The notes under the pieces are model-generated. The model had not been told where the DNA came from, searched no databases, and saw only the letters and a program-made list of their open reading frames with translations. The position numbers and the translations under genes were made by a program. A stretch of DNA of 64,000 nucleotides. Source: Azolla caroliniana (lineage: Eukaryota; Plantae; Polypodiophyta). The stretch is taken from assembly GCA_043228905.1 (NCBI GenBank), contig JBHGNT010000001.1, forward strand, positions 8,556,001 to 8,620,000. Direction: 5' to 3'. This document shows positions 11,088 to 23,911 of the stretch, in pieces (the stretch's first letter is position 1; every line of letters begins with the position of its first letter).

Positions 11088-14000
11088 TGTTGGAAGCGAG
11101 GAGGGTCGTCTGTGCGGAAGATCAAGGAGCATTCGATTCTTTTCTGAATACCTGCGTATGAGAGATTGTAGGTCGTTGCACAGAGAGAGAGAGAGAGAGA
11201 GAGACACACAAAAGAGTCTTTATTTCATAAAGCAAATAATACAACAACCAACCTCACAAAGAGGTTACAAGGTCACTATATATAGTGACCGACTTAGGGC
11301 AACTACCCTTTATGCTAATTACATAAATGGCCAAAACGGGATAGTGTGAATACGTCCATTATACACATGTATTCGACACTCCCCCGTAATGGGCGTATAC
11401 ATGGGTTATCTAAGATTACAGGTATAGGCTTAGGTTCTCGGACATATCAGCTTTGTTCGAGTCGGCAGGGTCCGAAGGCAGAAGACCGAACTGGTCGGGT
11501 CGGAACAGTTGAAGCCGATCATTAAGGAACTGATGTCGGTTGTCGGGAACCATCCTGCTCTGTGTCCGGCTCTAACCGGACTGGTTTGTCGTTACGCCCA
11601 TCTGATGCCGAAGAGACCGAAAACAGTCTGCCGAAAGACACTTGGTCATTCCATCTGCGACATTGTCGGTTGTGGATATTTTCTCTAGACCGATTTTCCC
11701 TGAAATGACGCAGTCCCGAACGAAGTGATATCGAACGTCGATATGTTTGGAGGCGTTGTGGTGAACCGGATTTTTCGACAAGGCAACAGCACCTTGACTG
11801 TCGCTGTAGACAACTGGAGCCGAGTCATGGTCGACTTGTCGAAACGTGTGCGCCAGCCGACCGAGCCACAAGGCTTCTTTTGCCGCGTCGGACGCAGCTA
11901 CATATTCTGCTTCGGTCGTTGAGGTCGCTGTGCACTCCTGAAGTTTCGACTTCCACGAGATTGCTCCATTGCCGAATTTGAAGCAGTATCCGGTTGTTGA
12001 TTTCCGACTGTCTATACAGCCGGCGAAGTCCGAGTCGGTGTAACCGACTACGCCTGAGGTTCGGTTCGGACCGAAAAGAATGCCATGGTCTTTTGTGCCA
12101 GCCAGATATCTGAACACATGCTTGACTGCGTTCCAATGCGATCGGCCAGGATTGTGCATAAATCTGCTAACGACTCCTACGGCATGAGAGATATCAGGCC
12201 GTGTCGCGACCATCAGGTACATAAGGGAGCCGACTGCCGGTGCATACGGTACCGACTTCATATCTTCCCCCTCCGGACCGGATGTCGGGCAGTCTCGCTG
12301 AGAGAGCCGAAGATTCATGGGGAGCGGGGTTGAAGCAGATTTGGCTGATTGCATGTTGAAGCGTTCCAAGACACGTCCGATATAGTCGGTCTGAGACAAA
12401 AAAAGATGTCGTTTATCGCGATGCCGACTAATCTTCATGCCGAGTATGTGTCGTGCCGGACCGAGGTCCTTCATGGCAAACTTCAACCGCAGTTGCCGAA
12501 CGAGATCGGCAAGTTCGCCCGCGTGGCGTCCAGAAATTAGCATGTCGTCCACGTAAATGATGAGGAAGATGGGTGATCCATCTTGAGCTGTGTTGGTGAA
12601 GAGACAATGGTCCTCATCGCTTTTTGAGAAGCCGATCGATTGGATGAAGTCGTCGAACTTCTTGTACCATTGTCGCGGTGCCTGTTTGAGGCCGTATAGA
12701 CTCTTCCTGAGTCGGCAGACTAGATGTTCTTGGCCGGTTGCCACGAAGCCTTTTGGCTGCTCCATATAAATTTCCTCGTCAAGATCACCATGGAGGAATG
12801 CTGTTTTGACATCTAGCTGAATCAGCTCCAAGTTGTCGGCTGCCACTACGCCGAGTAGGAAACGAAGGGTTGTCATTTTCACCACTGGTGAAAAAATCTC
12901 GTCGAAGTCGACGCCATATTCTTGTCGGAAGCCCTTCGCAACTAATCTGGCCTTGTACTTTGGGGTGGTCGAATCAGACGTCTCTTTTAGTCGATAGACC
13001 CACTTGCAAGGAAGAGCACGTCGGTTCCTAGGTAATTCGACCAGATCCCAAGTCTTGTTTGCCCGAATGGAGTGCATTTCCGACTCCATCGCCAGATGCC
13101 AGGTGGCGGAATCGACAGATGTCGATGCTTCTTCGTAAGACGTCGGTTCGCCGGCGTCGGTGAAGAAAATTCCAGGAGAATACCTCTCCGGAGGTTGCGA
13201 CAGTCTCTCGGATCGTCGAGGCATGATTGGACTGGTCGCATCGGGTATCGAGGTCGGATGGTCCGAAAGCGAATCATTCGGCTGTGCCGAGTCGGAGTTG
13301 TCCGAGTCGGTAGTGTAAGGTTCAGCTACCCGTGAAGCTGACCGTGTGTTGAGAGCGGGGCCTTCTTGAAGGGTCGGCACATCGGAAAATGTTACCCTTC
13401 GGACTTCGATCGGTTTTTCGACTGATGGAGTCATAGCCGACTCGTTGAACACAACGTCCGAACTTCGAACGATTTGTCTGCGTTCGGGGTCCCAGAGTCG
13501 GTATCCCATTTCGCCGTCGGATCCATATCCAAGGAAAATGCATTTCCTGGACCGAGGTGCAAGTTTTCGGCGATCATCTTTCGGAATAAGGGCGTACGCC
13601 TCGCATCCGAAGATCCTCAGCTTGTCGTAATTCGGCTTACTGCCGATCCATAGTTCCTGAGGAATTTGAAGTCCTAGAGGTCTACTTGGCGACATATTGA
13701 TTATGTGTACTGCCGTGAGTAGAGCCTCTGCCCAGAAGCCATCCGACAGTCCGGAGTGTTGGAGCATGGAAACTATCCGTTCTTGGATTGTCCGATTCAT
13801 GCGTTCGGCAATCCCGTTTTGCTCCGGACTGTGTGGTGCCGTAAATTCACGTCGGATGCCGCGTTGTCGGCAGAATTTGACGAATTCTTCGGATTTGAAC
13901 TCTCCCCCATTGTCTGTCCGAAAGCATTTCAGCTTTCGGTCGGTTTGATTTTCCACCATAGCGAGCCAATCGGTGAAGATCGAGAAAACCCGATCTTTGG

Positions 14001-16480
14001 TGCGAATTGGATACGCCCACACCTTTCGAGTCGAATCGTCAATAAAAGTGACGAAGTAAGAGGCGCCGCCGAGAGACTGATGCGGCATTGGGCCGCAGAC
14101 GTCCGAGTGGACCAAATCAAGAGGTCTCGATTCTCTTGGTGCTGATGTCGGGTGTGATGCGGCTGCTTGTTTTCCATACTGGCAATGCTCGCAGAATTGA
14201 TGGTCCGAGAAGGAGAGTTTGGGGATGTATCCGGCTCTGGATAGGTGCGTGATGCCGGCCTTGCTGAGGTGTCCTAATCTTCGGTGCCATAGTGATGACA
14301 CAGGAATATCCACCAAAAACAGGTTACCCTCTCTGAGCGTAACATGTAACGGATACAAGGAGTGTATCTTAGGTCCTCTAGCAAGCAGGAGGTTCCCCCT
14401 GTGGAGTGTCCACCCTCCCGAAGAAAAACCGGCACGAATGCCGTCTTCATCTAGTTGTCCGACTGAGATCAATGGCCTTGAGAGCTCGAGTACATGTCGG
14501 ACATTGTGGAGTACAAGTGTAGAGCCACCTGCAAGGTTGAGCTCTACTGTGCCGATTCCGATGATGTCACAGTGTTGTGAGTTGCCGACCCGAACTGAGT
14601 CGGAGTGACGGATCGTATATTGCCGAAATTGGGATCGATGAGGAGTCACGTGAAATGACGCGCCCGAATCTAAGAGCCATGTGCTCGATTCTTCAGTCGT
14701 GAGCAGAACTTCTGATCCGACTGGATTTTCGATTGATAGTATATTCGGGTCGTCCGGTAGTACATCATCTGAGAAGCTGACGTAATTGATCTCCTCATGC
14801 CGGCCACTCTTCTTGTTGTTCTTGTTCTTGAGTGCGCGGCAGTCGGCTTTGATATGTCCGGGTTTCTTGCAATAGTTGCAGATTCGGTTATCCCGTGACT
14901 GGCTCCGTCTTCGCTGATTGTTCGGCGGTCGTGAGGAATCTCTTCCTCGTATGTTCGATCGGTCTGTCGAACCTTGTACTACATAAGCGTCGTCTGTTGA
15001 GTCTTTGGCGAAAGACTTTCTCCGAGCTGCTTCGGTCAGGATTGCGCTCGTGACTTCAGAGTATTTAACAGCCGTGGTTGACGCGTTGCACACGGTTGTG
15101 ACGAAAGTTTCCCATGATGAGGGAAGGCTGCTCATGAGTATCATTGCTCTGAGTTCATCCTCGATTGTCGTCCCCTGTGACGAGATTTGGGAGCTTATGC
15201 TTTCATACTCATTGAGGTGTGCTTGAACCGAGTCGGATTCTTTCATCCGCAAGTTGTAGAGGCGCCGGATCAGAAACATCTTCGTTGAAGCGACCTTCTT
15301 TTCGTAAGTGTCCGACAGTGTTTTCCACAGTTCGAATGCTGTCGTACACGATTGCACCGTAAAGTATACCGATTCCGATAGGTGCATCCGAATCGTGGCG
15401 CGGACGATTCTGTCCAGCTTCTGCCACTCAGTTGGTTTGTATCCTTCTGGAGGTTCTTCATTTTCGATGGGGTCGATTTGCCCCTTGACTATGAGATAGT
15501 CCTGCATTTGTTCCTTCCAGAAGTTGAAGTTCGATCCATCGAACTTTCGTAGGCTCATTTCTGACGAGCCTGATGTTGATGCCATCAAGTTCGGTTTTGG
15601 TTGACGAAGCTCGGTTCGGAGTTGACTACGAACCTTGTTGGAGTGCAGCCGGTTGGCTCACCCGATATCGTTCTAGTCGGATTTGAACCCGAGTCGGTTC
15701 GGCTTCGGATATATGTATTGTTGAACTTGCTCGAATTGACTCCGGTAACTTGAGGGACAGAACCGACTGGTCTTCCCGAATGTCGCCGAGTCGGAGTGAG
15801 CCCGGTTCGCTTCGGATATATATGCCGAATACCGATTATTGAAACCGATTATCTGGACCGATTCGGCTTCGGGTGACTGCAGCGACGAGAGAGACGAATC
15901 CGACTGATCCTCCCGAATGTCGATCAGCCAGATGAAGCACGAATTTGGGTTGTTGTCAAAGTTGCACAAGGGGATTTCACCTCGAGCGGTTACGATCGCA
16001 AGGGACAGAGTACAACCTGCTGGCTTACTCCAAGCAAGGGGATCTAACGCGATGAGGTGCAAACCTCGTTTTTGTTCTTCTTCTCTCTTTCTTCGAATGA
16101 CGCGAATACTGTGCAGGCCGTGATGAAGTGAAGAACCGAATGCTGTGCAGGCGGTGATGACGGCCGAACCTCTGCTCTGATACCAGATGTTGGAAGCGAG
16201 GAGGGTCTTCTGTGCGGAAGATCAAGGAGCATTCGATTCTTTTCTGAATACCTGCGTATGAGAGATTGTAGGTCGTTGCACAGAGAGAGAGAGAGAGAGA
16301 CACACACACACAAAAGAGTCTTTATTTCATAAAGCAAATAATACAACAACCAACCTCACAAAGAGGTTACAAGGTCACTATATATAGTGACCGACTTAGG
16401 GCAACTACCCTTTATGCTAATTACATAAATGGCCAAAACGGGATAGTGTGAATACGTCCATTATACACATGTATTCGACA
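11088..16480 (-). mobile_element. Intact young Ty1/Copia element (LTRs 11088-11378 and 16188-16480)
   Basis: Near-identical 291/293-bp LTRs with TG..CA ends; TSD ATCTC on both sides; tRNA-iMet PBS at 16174-16185; PPT at 11379-11385. Confidence 0.97.
11572..15588 (-). CDS. Copia Gag-Pol polyprotein (1338 aa, uninterrupted)
   Basis: CNYCKKPGHIKADC, WLLDSGASFH, integrase HSDVCGP..TDNGGEF..QNGIAER, RT YVDDML, RNase H DSDFAG..KHIDVRYHF. Confidence 0.97.
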   Translation of the reverse strand: MMASTSGSSEMSLRKFDGSNFNFWKEQMQDYLIVKGQIDPIENEEPPEGYKPTEWQKLDRIVRATIRMHLSESVYFTVQSCTTAFELWKTLSDTYEKKVASTKMFLIRRLYNLRMKESDSVQAHLNEYESISSQISSQGTTIEDELRAMILMSSLPSSWETFVTTVCNASTTAVKYSEVTSAILTEAARRKSFAKDSTDDAYVVQGSTDRSNIRGRDSSRPPNNQRRRSQSRDNRICNYCKKPGHIKADCRALKNKNNKKSGRHEEINYVSFSDDVLPDDPNILSIENPVGSEVLLTTEESSTWLLDSGASFHVTPHRSQFRQYTIRHSDSVRVGNSQHCDIIGIGTVELNLAGGSTLVLHNVRHVLELSRPLISVGQLDEDGIRAGFSSGGWTLHRGNLLLARGPKIHSLYPLHVTLREGNLFLVDIPVSSLWHRRLGHLSKAGITHLSRAGYIPKLSFSDHQFCEHCQYGKQAAASHPTSAPRESRPLDLVHSDVCGPMPHQSLGGASYFVTFIDDSTRKVWAYPIRTKDRVFSIFTDWLAMVENQTDRKLKCFRTDNGGEFKSEEFVKFCRQRGIRREFTAPHSPEQNGIAERMNRTIQERIVSMLQHSGLSDGFWAEALLTAVHIINMSPSRPLGLQIPQELWIGSKPNYDKLRIFGCEAYALIPKDDRRKLAPRSRKCIFLGYGSDGEMGYRLWDPERRQIVRSSDVVFNESAMTPSVEKPIEVRRVTFSDVPTLQEGPALNTRSASRVAEPYTTDSDNSDSAQPNDSLSDHPTSIPDATSPIMPRRSERLSQPPERYSPGIFFTDAGEPTSYEEASTSVDSATWHLAMESEMHSIRANKTWDLVELPRNRRALPCKWVYRLKETSDSTTPKYKARLVAKGFRQEYGVDFDEIFSPVVKMTTLRFLLGVVAADNLELIQLDVKTAFLHGDLDEEIYMEQPKGFVATGQEHLVCRLRKSLYGLKQAPRQWYKKFDDFIQSIGFSKSDEDHCLFTNTAQDGSPIFLIIYVDDMLISGRHAGELADLVRQLRLKFAMKDLGPARHILGMKISRHRDKRHLFLSQTDYIGRVLERFNMQSAKSASTPLPMNLRLSQRDCPTSGPEGEDMKSVPYAPAVGSLMYLMVATRPDISHAVGVVSRFMHNPGRSHWNAVKHVFRYLAGTKDHGILFGPNRTSGVVGYTDSDFAGCIDSRKSTTGYCFKFGNGAISWKSKLQECTATSTTEAEYVAASDAAKEALWLGRLAHTFRQVDHDSAPVVYSDSQGAVALSKNPVHHNASKHIDVRYHFVRDCVISGKIGLEKISTTDNVADGMTKCLSADCFRSLRHQMGVTTNQSG

Positions 16481-18296
16481 ATCTCTCCCCAATCCACTCA
16501 CACCCTTTAGAGACTTGACCATTCCGGCCTCGTCAAAGAGATCGAACAATGCATGTTCTCTCGCCTCCCCCATCGGAACCCTGTCAACTGCCTCAACTAT
16601 CAGTCTCCGCATTTTCGTAGCTCCCTTGACGGGAGGGAAAAGGTCCTCTTGGGCTCTTCTTGAAACAGCCATGTGTCTCCAATCGTCTATAGATAGGAGG
16701 CCTGTTTGTGCCAGCTTTCCCCATGTTAGGCCCTTAAGTTGCCCTAGCATCGTGTCGTCACTTGTTCGCACGTGAGGATTCCAAAATAGTGGTTGTCTAG
16801 TCCATTCGATCAATGTCTCCGGGGTGTGCTTGACCAAATGTTGTCATAGATGGCACCATGCCCGCAAGATGGAGTTCGCGACCCTGTCCTCTGGATGGCA
16901 AGCCAGCTTGGGTGGGACTCCGCTCGTGCAGCACCAATTCAAGGAGTCGGGCCAAGGCCTACCATACGTGGGAGTCCCTGCTTGCAGCCTGTTGCGAAGT
17001 AGTACCTTCCAACACCCCTTACCTGGCAGGAGGCAGCGAACCACCATTTTAGCCAGCAATGAACGACTCTACATTAACGGGTCTATGACGCCAAGCCCCC
17101 CTTTGGCCCACGGTTGTGTTAACCAACACCATGACACTCTGGCGGCAGCCCTTGGGTTGTCCTTACTTGACCATATAAACCCCCTGATGGCAGCCTTAAT
17201 CGCGTGCAGACCTGTAGGGTTCATAATCTAGCATGAGACTGAGTGCCACATGGTAGCAAGCAGCACTTGGTTCGCAACAAGGACCCTACCAGCGAAGGAT
17301 AATTTAGATCTACTCCATTGGGTCAACTTCCTATTTATTTTGGTTTGTACGTGGGCCAATTGCGCTCCCTTGGGGATTGACCTCCCCATCGTAAATCCAA
17401 GGTACTTGAACGTTGTCGAGTTATTACGCAAGTGCGTGTGGAAACGAGGCGGGACCGCGGGGGTCTCGAACCAAAGAGCAAGCGAGGGAGGAGAAAGAGA
17501 GAGAACAGGCTACGCAGAACCGGGGATACACAGGGACACGGCCCTTCAACACGGAGAACGCGAACAGACACCGACTCAGACAGACGCGGATGACTAAATA
17601 TGTATATTAACAAATGGCTAACACGACTACAACCCTCGATGGGGCACAGGTTGGTTACAACCGAACAGGCCGGCGAGCAGATGCCGATGCCTGTTCGCTT
17701 CGACGCACAAACAGGGGAAACGGGGAAACGGGGGTTTGCAGGTCGGAGGTGCTGCCGGAAGCACTCGGGCGTTCCTCGAAACAGCGCGAGCCTCCTCGGA
17801 ACCCTGCACAGAAAGCTATGGAGCTCAAGAAGGAAGGAAACAGAGAGAGAGAAGCGTCCAGAAACGGTCCGACAGCACTTCGTCCTCTCCGCCCGCGATC
17901 CCTGCAACAGCTCTTTCCTCCTCTTTTTATAGCCCAACGAGCAGGCCGTCATGTCAGCTTTATTCCTTGTCCCTTTTGGACAGGGATCCGCTCCGTCCTT
18001 CACGCGTCCGCGTAGATACGCCGCCGACTCGTACAGTTCCTTCGCTCGCGCGCGCGACCGAAAAGACTGTTCGCGCGGTCTTTGTCTCCACTTGTGTTAG
18101 GGCCCGTTCCTGCCGATTATCCTCCTAATTCGCTTCTATGTACAACTTGGAGCTTGCGCGCGTGAAGAACCGGTTCCCACGCCTAGGTGCGCCGATTCTG
18201 CCTATGGACGGTTTTCTTCACGACATCCGCCCCCACCTAACCGCGCATCCTCCGGTATGCGCCAAGAGAGTTGGGACGGAGAAAACCGGCCCGTCT

Positions 18297-21200
18297 TCAT
18301 TCCTCGTTTTCGGATCGTTCGTCACTGCTGACTAGGAGAGCCGGGTCCGGCTCGTCATCATGTCGCTTCTTGAACGCTTTGATCCGCTTCCCTGCAACCG
18401 GTATCGCCACTCTCGTGCCGTCAAGTTCCGCCAGGTGATATGTCCCGTTGTCATTGGCGCTCCGTACCACGTAAGGCCCGAACCACCTTCGTGCGAACTT
18501 CCGTGTGGCTCGGTGCTGGTTGTCGAGGCTGCTGTCGTAGACGAGCACCCAGTCACCTTCTTCGATTTTCTTCGGTCGGAGCCGGTGCGTTCGGTCGAAC
18601 CTGGCTTTGTTCTTTGTCCTCGCCACCCGGAGCTTCTCCGCAGCCAGTTCCACGTCCTCCGGCCTCCGCCCGAGTTGTCGTATACGCGCGGCCAACAACT
18701 CCTCCCGGCTCATCTCGTCCCTCCAGTCGACCGTTGCCCACGAGGAGATCGTCCGTTCCATCGGCATGATCGGCTTCTGGCCGAACATGAGCTCCGTCGG
18801 CATGTACCCGGTTACCGAACTGTGCGTGGTCCGGTCTGCCCACAAAGCATAAGGTAGCAGCCGCGGCCAGTCACCGACTCGGCCTCCGCATGCCCGGACC
18901 AACGCCTTGACGATCGGTCCGTGTCCGCGCTCCACCTTTCCATTCGCCTCCGGATTGTACGCAGTGGTGAGCGAGAGCTTGACTCCCAGCCGGTCGAACA
19001 GCTCCGCAGCTTCTTCGGCGTCCAACTCCCCTCGGTCAGCCACGATCTTCCCGACGCACCCGTACCGGCATATCACGTCCTCGATTAGGAACCGGCATAC
19101 GGCCGCGGTCGTTTTGTTCGGAAGGGCCCGGCCTTCCACCTGGTTCGTCAGATCCTCCCGCGCTAGGACCAGGTACCGCATCTGTCCTACTCCCATTGGC
19201 ATCGTTACCAGATCTACCATCCATTTGAAATGGATGGCCGGAGGGTACGTAGGGTGAAGCTCGTCTCAATGTCGGACTATGGAGTGCATCTGGCAGCTCT
19301 CGCAAGTTGTCACGAACCGATGCACGTCCTGGTACTGCCCCGGCCACCAATACTTCCCCTTCAGTTTCTCAAACGTAGCCCATGTCCCACGGTATCCAGC
19401 CCAAGGGCTGTCGTGGTAGGCCGTCAGCAGCTCCTCCTGTTCTTCCTTCATCGCCACCACCCGGAGCGGAGCGCCGTCCCTCTTCTTCGGGTGCTTCCAT
19501 AGATAGCCATCCCGGAGAAAGAACCGGTACGCTTTCTTCCGGATCCGGTTGGCCTCGTCCTTCGTCCATGACGCATCGGGCGTCATTGTCTTCAAAAACC
19601 CACCGATCTGCAGCCACTCCCCGTCGTACTTGCTCGCGTCGAAGTCGTTAAGCGCCGGAGTGCTTGTCCCGTCGGTTGTTACATACGCAGTCTCGAAGAA
19701 GTCCACGCCGACCTCTTCGTCCTCCGAAACCATGCCGCCCTCGTCATCGAATCTCGCCCTTGAAAGCATGTCGGCCATGGCGTTGTCTTTCCCGGAAATG
19801 TGTCGTACTACCGGGTCTAGGGACTTGATGTACGCTATCCACCTGAGCATTGCCAGGTCCGGCGTCGCGCATCCGGAAACCATGCCGAGAATCGGCATGC
19901 AATCCGTCTCTATGATTACCTCTGTCCCGATCAGATAGTCCTTGTCGGCCTTCACCGCCGAAACGATACCCCAGAGTTCGCGTTTAACCTGGGCGTATCC
20001 TCGCTGCCGTTCGCTGAGGACCTTCGCGCCGAATCGGATCGGAAACCGATTGCCGTCCTCGTCTTCTTGGTTGACGACCCACCCGATTCCGGTCGGACTC
20101 GTGTCAACCGTTATGTACACTGGGGTGCCCTTCCCGTAGACGGCCTTTCGGAGCGCCGGTGCTGCCGAAAGAGCCTCCTTCAGCTTCCGGACCGACTCCG
20201 TGTGCTTGTCTAGCCATTCGAATCGTCGCCCTTTCCTCAATAACCCGTATAGCGGCTCCGCAACGTGGGCGTAATGCGGGATCCATATGTGGTAGAATGC
20301 GCATGCCCCCAGGAATCTTCGTACTTCCGTGACCGAGCTGCAGTCGGGCTTCATCGCGGAGATGGCTTCTACCTTTGCCGGAGACGGTTTCCGGCCATAT
20401 GGCCCACATAAGTGTCCGACCACCATGATTTCCAACTGCCCGAAGGCTGATTTCTCCCCCGAGAAGGTGAGCCTCGCATCCTCTAGCCTTTGCAGCACCT
20501 TCTCGCAGTCGTCGATGTGCGTCATCACGAATCGCCGGCATCCGTCCGGCCCGATCGTCTCGTCCTTCTCTTCTACCGGGCATCCCTTGATCGGGATGTC
20601 GTCTAGAAACGGCATGGTGATGTCCGGGATGCAGTCCCTCAGCACCTTGTTCATTGCATTCACCATGTGGGCCACCGAGTTGGTCCCTCCTTGCGGCAGC
20701 GTACACATCCGCACTAGGCCGAGGGGAGTTCGCATCGTCGTAATGTCTCTGCTCTCCACGGCTAGCTGGAACTGGTCGTACCCTGAGTATAGATCACCGA
20801 CCGAGTAAATCGACCTTCCGGCGAAGGCCTCCGCGAACTCGTCTATGGTCGGTCCGATCCCTGCGTTCCGAATGGTCACTCTATTGACCGGCTGCAGGTC
20901 CTGAATGAAGCGCAATGATCCGTTTTTCTTTGGTACGGTAAACCAGCGGTTTGAATACGGGGCGCTCGACGGCTCGAGAATGCCCATATCAACTTTCTGC
21001 TTCAACAGCTCCATCAACTTCGGGATGTGAGCTCTCGGAACCGAAATTGGCTTGAGATTCCATGGTACATGCGGTACCGTGAATATCACCATCGGCTCTA
21101 CGATCGTCGGGTCCACGCACCCGATTTCCTCCGGCGAGAATGCGAAGGCTTTCCCGTGCCTTCCGAGCATTCTCCGGAACCGGTCTTCCTCCGCCGGCAG

Positions 21201-21761
21201 TAGGAACCCGCCCCCACCGATCTTCAGCTCGCGGAGCGTCTCGTCGGTGAAGGTGTGTCCTATGCAGGCCCGATCTCGTAAGCTGGGGTCCGATGCAACC
21301 CCTTTAATCCGGGATTCACTGCCCTCCGGTAAGGGCGCCGCAACTGGCCTCACCTTCCGGTCCACCGTCTTGTACTTGGTGCTCACTCGGGCCGTCCGTT
21401 CCGACTCGAGCCCTCGACCGAAGTCCGCGATGACTTCATACATTTCTTCGGAACATACCGGTATCGTCCGGTCTTCGTTAAGGTCTTCTTCGACTACCTT
21501 CCCCAGCATTCCCAAGGTGTCGTCGAAGGAGACCGCCTCCACGGCGCCACTGATTTCTTCGTCAGGGCCGAGAACTCCGCACGCTCGAAGTCTCCCCTCC
21601 GTCTTTGTTTTCTCTCGGCCGGCGATGCCGACCATCGTACATGCTCCGCTGCCGGAGAAGCAAAATTTCCTACCTATTGTACACGGTTTTATCGTACAGA
21701 TGTGGGGTCTTCCCGGAGCATCCGGACTGTCGCGGCCCCACGCCTTGGCAGTCCTTTCTAA
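18297..21761 (-). CDS. Gypsy RT-RNaseH-integrase ORF in the -1 frame (one in-frame TGA at 19266-19268)
   Basis: RT LPQGGTNS..PFLDD, RNase H TVDTS..ELWG, integrase zinc-finger region and core VADRGE..YNPEANGKVERGH, plus WFGPY. The frame is open from the slippery site. Confidence 0.9.
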
Positions 21762-23911
21762 AAATCCTCTCGGTTTTCGGAACCGAGGGAGTCGCGGTTA
21801 CGTTCGTGGTTCGGCCGTACCGTCAGAAACTGGACCGAATGGCGCCCGTCTTGGCTTTTGACCCTCGCGTAGGCCGAACCATTGTCCAGCACCTTGGTCT
21901 CCATCCGCGCCGCCGTGATGTACGGCTCTCCCAGTATGACCGGATGCGAAGACGTCTCCTGCACGAAGAAGTGCTGGTCAATCTCGACGTCGCCGATCTT
22001 GACTCGCACATTCGGACAGGCCCCGTGCAGTTCCTCGGTGGCGCGCGTTGCTGCCCTTATTTTCCACCCGTGCTTGGTGTTGATCGGCCATTTGCCCTTC
22101 TTATAGAAGTCCATGGACATCAAATTGATCTCCGATCCGTGGTCCACCAAAGCTATCACCGGTTCCTGGACATCGCCGATCTTTACCGGGGTTTCCGTGG
22201 TCGCTCGGGCCCAGTGTGGTCTCGAATAGTGGCTTTCCGCCCACTCGTCTCCCAGCGCCATGTCGTCTAGGTGCGTCGTCCGCACTTCCACCGGTCTTTC
22301 CGGTTCTGTCTCCGTCGACAGCCTCTTCCGTTTCACTAAGTCCACGATGGAGTCATGGAACTCCTTCTTGGCGATTCCCAGCACCTCTCGTAACGACAGC
22401 TCCACCTTGCTGTCGAGGATCCATTCCTCCAGGACCTTTCGTAAGTCCGTGGTTCTTTCTATCTCCGTCCCCAGACGGTACCCGCCCTTCTGGGGTTTAT
22501 CTTGCGTACCGGCCCCGCCGGCTTCGTCCCGTCGTGGCCCGGACCGGGTCTCGTATCGTTGTGAGGGCCCGGTCGTCCCGGGTTTCCCCACCCGCTTCTC
22601 TTCTACCAGAGCCTCGTAGTTCCGGCAAGCGGCTTCCACGAAGCCCGTCTTTTCCTCGACCGGGTCGCTCCACCCGGTCATCTCCCGTACTCGTTTCTCC
22701 GCACGGTCCGATTCCTCCCTTTTAAGCCCTGCACCGGCAAGGCCTTCTAGCATCGTCGGCCAGAATCCGGCTTTGCTTTCCTTTCGGGCCTCGCCGCCCC
22801 CGACTCGAATGCCGGCCGACGCCGAGTAGTGGACGGTTTCCGCGTGTCGGGCCGCCGCCTCTTCCATCAACCTTTTCATACCACCTCGCCCGTCGTTTCA
22901 GCTCAGGGCCCTTCGGGTGTCGCTGGCATGCACCCGTCCTTCCCACAGGTACACCACCCTGTTCCTCAGCGCCTCCGCGAAGTCGCCGCAGTCCTTCCGA
23001 ATGTGGCCGACTTCATCGCACCACATGCACCTGTTTCCTGCCGCCGGCCGTCGGTCACGAGCCGGTTCGCCTCCTTCCCTTCGGGCCTGCGCGATTTGGA
23101 GGTCCTTTATCGCCTTCGTCAATTCCTCCAGCGCCGCTCCTCCGGTTGAGCCTCTGACTACGCCGGTCGAAGCCGAACCAGTTTCCAACCACTCTCGGGT
23201 CTCTTCCTTTCGCACCTGTGGCGCTGGTTCGAGCTTCCTTGCTGCGACCGAGCCCGACCCGGTTGCCCCGTTATCCGCCCATTCTCGCCGTTTGTCGAAA
23301 CGGCCACAGACCTTCCTGACAGCCGCCCAGTCGGTAGTGAGCCCGTCTTCGGTTTCCAGCAAGAGGCCCACTTGCTCCCGATCCCGCTCGTCGACCGACT
23401 TGACAAACAGCAAGACCCGGCTCGTGTCCAGGATGGTTCGGTCGAGCGCCGAAAGGCGCGCAAAGTTTTCCTCGAACTCCCGGAGGAGTGCCGACGCGTT
23501 TCTTCCCTTCCCCGGGGATTCCACCCATTCCATGAACCTTCGCTTCGAAAGCCGGAGCGCGTCGTCCAGCCCGTATTTCTCTAGGAGCCGACCTTCGAAC
23601 TCTTCCCAGGTACGGCTCTCTGCCCGCACCTCGAGCACCTCCGCATGGATGCTCGGCATCGCCACTCGGGGAAACCCGGCAAGACGCCTTTCTTCCGGAA
23701 TGTCCCGCATCAGCATTTCTGCACCGTAGGATGCCAGATACTTCGTGGCATCCCTCCCATCGAACCGGCCGAGCGTGCCGACGACCGCCTCAATAGCTCT
23801 GTCGAGGGCACCGGTGCCCTCGCGCGCGTTTACAATCCGATCCACGGCCGAAGCCATGGCCTCTGCAAGATCCGACCCCCTCATCTTCTGCTCTTCTGCC
23901 GCCTCCTTCAC
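21758..23911 (-). CDS. Gypsy Gag-protease ORF (one in-frame TGA at 22898-22900)
   Basis: Zinc knuckle CMWCDEVGHIRKDC and aspartic protease ALVDHGSEINLM. The two ORF-track pieces are in the same frame. Confidence 0.9.
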
